From positions 1 to 29,442 of the forward strand of contig NW_021832907.1 of assembly GCF_006345805.1 (NCBI RefSeq): a stretch of DNA of 29,442 nt. The letters run 5' to 3'. Position numbers and translations under genes: made by a program. The notes beneath the pieces are model-generated. The model was not told the DNA's origin, ran no database searches, and worked only from the letters and a program-made list of their open reading frames with translations. Shown one piece after another: positions 24,091 to 29,442 of this stretch (within the stretch, counting starts at the first letter, position 1; every line of letters starts with the position of its first letter). This DNA is from Octopus sinensis. Taxonomy: Eukaryota.

Positions 24091-24262
24091 TCGACAAAAA
24101 GATACACAGAAAAAAAACAAGGAGAGAAAAAATGCGTGTAGTAGCTAACGATCTATCATGGTGTACTGACTTCGGACAATGGTCAGACGCGAGAGGGACA
24201 GTAGGAGAGATAACAGGGTCAAGTGACTTCCAATACGAAGGTGCCCCCAACACAAAGGTGTG
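24091..24262 (-). mobile_element. PLE-type repeat, copy 4, extending further 5'
   Basis: Shares atagatcgttagctactacacgcattttttctctccttg with copy 1 and adds ~100 bp of upstream sequence. Confidence 0.65.
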
Positions 24263-24454
24263 CGTGTGTATAAGAGAGTATGTATATATATATACACATA
24301 TATACATACATACATATATATACATATGTATATATATATGTATATATATATACATATAAATATATATGTATGTATGTATATATATATATATATGTATGTA
24401 TATATATGTGTGTACGTGTAGATATATGTTCATGTATGAGTATATTTGTAGAGG

Positions 24455-24486
<32 letters not shown>

Positions 24487-24494
24487 ACTCGCTG

Positions 24495-25110
24495 GCGTGG
24501 CTATGTGGTAAGAAGCTTGTTCCCCAACTACATGGTTCCGGGTTCAGTCCCACTGCGTGGAACCTTGGGCAAGTGTCTTCTGCAAAAGCCGCAGACCGAC
24601 CAAAGCCTTATATAAATACAATACACATAGACGGAAACTAAACAAAAAGCCCGTGATGTGGATAACTTCGATTGGTTTCGGCCATTATTGTCCCAGGCCA
24701 TGACTAACTCAATAGCACCACCTGGAAAAGTTTTCTCATTAATTATTTCGTGATACCATGGACCATTCACAGAGTTGTTGTTCGCTCTGAGACGTGTCCA
24801 GGTGTAGGTGGCTTATCCGGTATTTCCTAGAGGAATTTATTCAGACACCGTTTGAAAGTTGTTGGGGTTTTTTTCTACTTAAATTTCTTTCGGAATAACA
24901 TTGAAAAGAGCAGGACCGTGTCTTTGTGTCTGTGTTTGTCCCGTCCCCACCCACCATAGCTTGGCAACCGTTGTTGTTGTGTTTAAGTCTTAGGTGTTCT
25001 GCAAAAGAGACCGATAGAATAAGGACTAGGCTTACAAAGAAGAGTCCTGGTTCGATTTCTTTGATTTAAAACCCCTAAGGTGATGCTCCTGCATGGCCAC
25101 GGTCAAAACT
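24495..25110 (+). mobile_element. SINE family A interrupted in its central microsatellite by a LINE fragment
   Basis: Head at 24495-24654 and 3' half at 24919-25110. Confidence 0.8.
24655..24918 (-). mobile_element. CR1/L2-group LINE 3' end (second lineage)
   Basis: GPALFNVIPKEI*VEKTPTTFKRCLNKFL*EIPDKPPTPG matches the GP.LFN.LP..I...FK..LDKFL..IPD.P..PG pattern; tail ggtggtgct...catggcc...ggccgaaac. Confidence 0.7.
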
Positions 25111-25211
25111 ACTTATATATACATATATAATATTATATATATATATATATACATATATAATATATTATATATATATATATATTATACTATATATATATAT
25201 ATATATATAAT

Positions 25212-25281
<70 letters not shown>

Positions 25282-25348
25282 ATTAAGTATAGGAAAGAAT
25301 AGAGCTGAACGAAGATTTAACAAATTCCTTTATTTATTTTCGACATAT

Positions 25349-25579
25349 GGGCTAAGCAAATTAGTCTGGCGTTTGAAGAACGCGAATTCAACTTTTAGGC
25401 TGGAATGGTCAATATTATCGGTGTCTTTACCGTTTGATAAGGGCAAAAAAATCTGTGCCCTATGTAATTCCGAACTCTTTCATATTCTGTTTGCCCGAGG
25501 CCGACTAATAAACTCGATTGTGGAGAGTTCTTTCAGATGCCCACACTGGAAAAAGCATACCTTTTTCTCATACCAATGA
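25349..25579 (+). pseudogene. Penelope GIY-YIG endonuclease C-terminal fragment
   Basis: LSKLVWRLKNANSTFRLEWSILSVSLPFDKGKKICALCNSELFHILF...LINSIVESSFRCPHWKK matches the PLE pattern LSK.IW.LK.....I.WSIL...PY..G.K.C.LC..E...IL...LN...E....CRH..K. Confidence 0.85.
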
Positions 25580-26148
25580 AGTCTAATATAGATAACCCCT
25601 GGATTTCCTAAAAAAATTTGAAAGGTGATACCTCATCCCTGTTAGTATAAAAGACTTTCTCATAGTTGCCAAGAACTACTACCAATCCCAACAGTAACCT
25701 TGTATCTTGTCATTGCTATTGTGGCCACCCTCTCCCTATTAAGTTGTCACATTCGAACACACAGACACAGTCTTTTCAGTTCTTGACCGTTAATTCTTGC
25801 TATCTCTCTCTCTCTGCATTTCACACACACTTTCACGCATTCAAAGACGCACACACACATACATTAAGGCAATTTTACACACTCATACATTCGAGCACTC
25901 ATTCATAAAATAAATCAAATATATACACCAGTCATACAGAATACATCCACACTCTTTAATTTTCCTATACCTTCCTTCTACTACTTTGATGCTGCCCTTG
26001 AACTATTTCAACGGACAATTTCTACTGCTTTCATCCAATCTGGCGTCAACCCCTATAAATAGACATTTTTTATCATTATTTTTATGGGCTCCTCGTGAGC
26101 AGTCGTCGAAAAGCTTGTTGTGCATTTTGTTGGAGAATAAGTTCCTGG

Positions 26149-26234
26149 ATTTTCCTGAAGAGAAAGCTGCATAATGGGACTCCTTAGTCACTCGGAATAG
26201 GGACTTTGCAGACTTCGAAACATATGTCGAAAAT
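26149..26234 (+). ncRNA. Type I hammerhead ribozyme, canonical core, long stem II
   Basis: attttc CUGAAGA gaaagctgca..tgcagacttc GAAA catatg UC gaaaat. Stem I is 6 bp, G10.1-C11.1 is present, stem III is the palindrome ACATATGT, and the site is GUC. Confidence 0.8.
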
Positions 26235-26460
26235 AAAATAAAGGAAGAATTTTGTTAAATCTTCGTTCAGCTCCATTCTTTCCTATACTTAATATATAAA
26301 ACTTCAAATTTCCGCACTAAGGCACGGATTTTATGCCCTATGGTCGTAACTCAAACCGTGCCCTTCTGTTGTGAGTTTGCTACCCAGGTATCGGTTATCT
26401 TTCGAATTATCCGTAATAAGATAATTCATTTGTCTACTTATATATATATATTTTTTTTTT

Positions 26461-26582
26461 TATTTTATAGAAGGAGCTTTACAGGACTAGAACTGTTTCA
26501 TTCAAAAGAAATCATCAGGAGGTCCTGATGATTTCTTTTGAATGAAACAGTTCTAGTCCGTAGAAGCTCCTTCTATAAAATA
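26461..26582. repeat. ~120 bp near-perfect palindrome with a hammerhead-like core in each arm
   Basis: Arms of ~60 bp around gg. Left arm read on the minus strand: CUGAUGA t-ttc-tttt-gaa-t GAAA cag-ttctagtc-ctg UA. Confidence 0.8.
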
Positions 26583-26651
26583 AATTAATTTACTCTGCTA
26601 TGTATTGAGTACATTATTTACTGGTGGTTAACCCCGAACTCAACCAGGACC

Positions 26652-26689
<38 letters not shown>

Positions 26690-26690
<1 letters not shown>

Positions 26691-27283
26691 AATAATAGTT
26701 ATCGCCATACTAATATGGCATTCTTATAAAAATAGAATAAGCTGTCCGCTTATTAGCTCCATGAGGCCATCGCCTTAAGTTAGCTATTTGATACACAAAC
26801 TGTATCCATATAACCTTCGAACAAGGGAGGTCAGTCGCTCCACACTACTTGACCGGCAGCTACAGACGCGTTTCGGGGTATTGCCCCTTTTCAATGTAGC
26901 GTAGCCAGACCAGTAGGTGTCGCTTCTGACAATCTCTGTTCGAAGGTTTTATTTACCTAGGTTCGGTGGAATACATCCACTTGTTTTCAATAATAGAAAT
27001 ATGAAAATTATTAAGTCTCTCTAAAAGAGAACACGGCAGCGTTCCCGGAAAATAATAGTTATCGCCATACTAGTTATAATAGTTATCCCTTGTTCGAAGG
27101 TTATATGGATACAGTTTGTGTATCAAATAGCTAACTTAAGGCGATGGCCTCATGGAGCTAATAAGCGGACAGCTTTATTCTTATTTTTATAAGAATGCCA
27201 TATTAGTATGGCGATACTATTATTTTCCGGGAACGCTGCCGTTGTTCTCTTTTAGAGAGACTTAATAATTTTCATATTTCTAT
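26690..27283 (-). mobile_element. Hammerhead-bearing element: ~360 bp permuted tandem unit plus an inverted partial copy
   Basis: aataatagttatcgccatacta occurs at ~26692 and again at ~27052. 27085-27283 is the reverse complement of segments 26994-27072 and 26692-26828 joined. Confidence 0.75.
26859..26900 (-). ncRNA. Minimal type I hammerhead ribozyme with U3-A8 core covariation
   Basis: gctaca UUGAAAA gggg-caata-cccc GAAA c-gc-g UC tgtagc. Confidence 0.8.
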
Positions 27284-27551
27284 ATATAATATATATATAT
27301 ATATATATAATACTCACCACACACATATAGATATATATATAATATATAATATATATTATATATATATATATAGATATATATATATATAATATATTATATG
27401 TATGTATGTATGTATATATATATATATGTATGTATATATATACACACACACATACACACACACCACATACATACACGCGCGCGCACATATATTTTTGTTT
27501 TCTGTTTGGCTGGGGATTAGTTGATATCCTCCCAATTAGAACCAATTTCGA

Positions 27552-27635
27552 TAGAAAAAATTCGGAGACTCCCTGAGCAACTTGAACCCACGACTCCTGT
27601 AAACATAATAAACGTTCTACCATTGGACAAACGAC
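27552..27635 (-). pseudogene. Degenerate tRNA-like sequence (tRNA pseudogene or SINE head)
   Basis: A-box-like tgtccaatggtag, B-box-like gggttcaagtt and a downstream T run; anticodon arm not reconstructable. Confidence 0.35.
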
Positions 27636-28187
27636 TTGTTAATTCTTAAAAGTTTGGATCTCACCTGCGATATTCGAACGCCGTGATTGTTGTAAATTCT
27701 TAGGTTATCAGCCGTTACTGCTGACCATCCACAGCCATACACTGTTATACACCAATCTCTAAATTACTAGGCAGTCACATTATGTTTATTTAAGGAGAAA
27801 GTATGTAAGACGAGGGAGATTTACTACCATTTCTAGCAGGTCGTGTAACTGGTAAAACTTCCACCTCCACTCGATATCGTTGTTCATTTGTAAGGGAGAT
27901 AACAAATACTATTTTCGAGCTGCTGGTACTAAAAATTATTTCCCTTCAAAAATGCAAGAGTTCTCTCCCGTCTTCTAATTTCTTCGTCGTTTCTGTTTCA
28001 TGTGGGGAAAATGTGTTGTAGATTGTACTTGTATTTTTGTGTTGGCGCATTTGTTTGTGTTTGCATCAGTTGGAATGTCGAGTATGCGAAGAGTAAGACA
28101 TCACTGACAAATGATAATTTTGCAAATCCATTACCCAAGACACACTTTCAGCTTCGGACCCATTATTGGGGCAACAGAATACATACC

Positions 28188-28403
28188 TGTTTCTTTACTA
28201 CCCACAAGGGGCCAAACATAGAGGGGACAAACAAGGACAGACAAACAGATTAAGTCGATTATATCGACCCCGTGCGTAACTGGTACTTATTTAATCGACC
28301 CCGAAATGATGAAAGGCAAAGTCGACCTCGGCGGATTTTGAACTCAGAACATAGCGGCAGACGAAATACCGCTAAGCTAACGTTTCTGCCAGCTCGCCGC
28401 CTA
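28188..28403 (-). mobile_element. SINE family B monomer with 15 bp TSD
   Basis: Flanked by aacagaatacatacc at 28173-28187 and 28404-28418. Confidence 0.92.
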
Positions 28404-28458
28404 AACAGAATACATACCAACCCATCTGGAACTAAGCATGGCTGAACTTGATTTCTTG

Positions 28459-28576
<118 letters not shown>

Positions 28577-28634
28577 CACAACTCTTTAATTCACACACAA
28601 CAAATGATCACGATATCTGGGACTATGAAAATAT

Positions 28635-29051
28635 AAAAGGCGGCAAGCTGGCAGAAACGTTAGCATGCCCGGCGAAATGCTTTGTGGTATTTCGTCTGCC
28701 GTTACGTTCTGAGTTCAAATTCCGCCGAGGTCGACTTTGCCTTCCATCCTTTCGGGGTCGATTAAATAAGTACCAGTTACGCACTGTGGTTTATGTAATC
28801 GACTTAATCCGTTTGTCTGTCCTTGTTTGTCCCCTCTATGTTTAACCCCTTGTGGGTAGTAAAGAAATAGGTATTTTGTCTGCCACTACATTCTGAGTTC
28901 AAATTCAGCTGAGGTCGACTTTGCCTTTCATCCTTTCGGGGTCGATAAATTAAGTACCAGTTACGCACTGGGGTCGATGTAATCGACTTAATCCGTTTGT
29001 CTGTCCTTGTTTGTCCTCTATGTTTAACCCCTTGTAGGTAGTAAAGAAATA
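28635..29051 (+). mobile_element. SINE family B dimer with 23 bp TSD
   Basis: Flanked by gatatctgggactatgaaaatat at 28612-28634 and 29052-29074. Confidence 0.93.
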
Positions 29052-29369
29052 GATATCTGGGACTATGAAAATATTTTCCTTCACAACCTTGCAACCAAAT
29101 AGATAAAGAAATGAAATAGGACCAGTGCGTGTGCTAATTATTGACATAATGACCCTCCTTAGATAACAACAAAATTATATTATATATTTTCTTATAAATT
29201 TCAATTGAGATACCACGCATAAAACAGGCGCAGTTCTAATGGGCGATTGGTTTTTTTTTTTTTATTAAGCAAGAGTTCTACTGCAGTGTTCTATCTATTT
29301 CTATTTTACTCTGTTGGACCTCCGTAGCCATTCGATGCATAAAAGAAATCTATTACATTTTTATAATTA

Positions 29370-29442
29370 GACGTGGCTGTGTGGTAAGAAGCTTGCTTCC
29401 CAACCACATGGTTCCGGGTTCAGTTCCACTGCGTAGCACTTT
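29370..29442 (+). mobile_element. SINE family A head, runs off the window
   Basis: cgtggctgtgtggtaagaagcttgcttcccaaccacatggttccgggttcag. Confidence 0.9.

Larger units (their letters stand above)
25282..26292 (+). mobile_element. 5'-truncated Penelope-like element: inverted terminal segment, GIY-YIG C-terminus, hammerhead-bearing 3' region
   Basis: 25282-25348 is the reverse complement of ~26221-26292; endonuclease fragment at 25349-25579; hammerhead at 26149-26234. Confidence 0.75.

Overview
Repeat-dense eukaryotic DNA, most likely from an octopus or other coleoid cephalopod. That assignment is inferred from the SINE families and the extreme (TA)/(CA)/(TACA) microsatellite load. No host gene could be identified with confidence, and most supplied ORFs are microsatellite artefacts. 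The window holds about 20 tRNA-derived SINE copies from at least 3 families. It also holds a full-length decayed IR/DR-type Tc1 nested in a decayed FLYWCH-MULE, two mariner relics, a rosa/DD41D-like relic, and RTE and CR1/L2 LINE 3' ends. A Penelope-like (PLE) GIY-YIG fragment lies at about 25.3 kb. The main unexplained signal is six sequence-unrelated small elements that each fold as a type I hammerhead ribozyme. Several have non-standard features: a U3-A8 core covariant, C4 or U6 variants, and 55-63 nt stem II inserts. Several sit in long palindromes or permuted tandem units next to (TA)n tracts, and four elements of this kind (one PLE plus three hammerhead motifs) cluster at 25.3-27.3 kb. 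All folds and alignments were done by eye, and coordinates of degenerate repeats are approximate.
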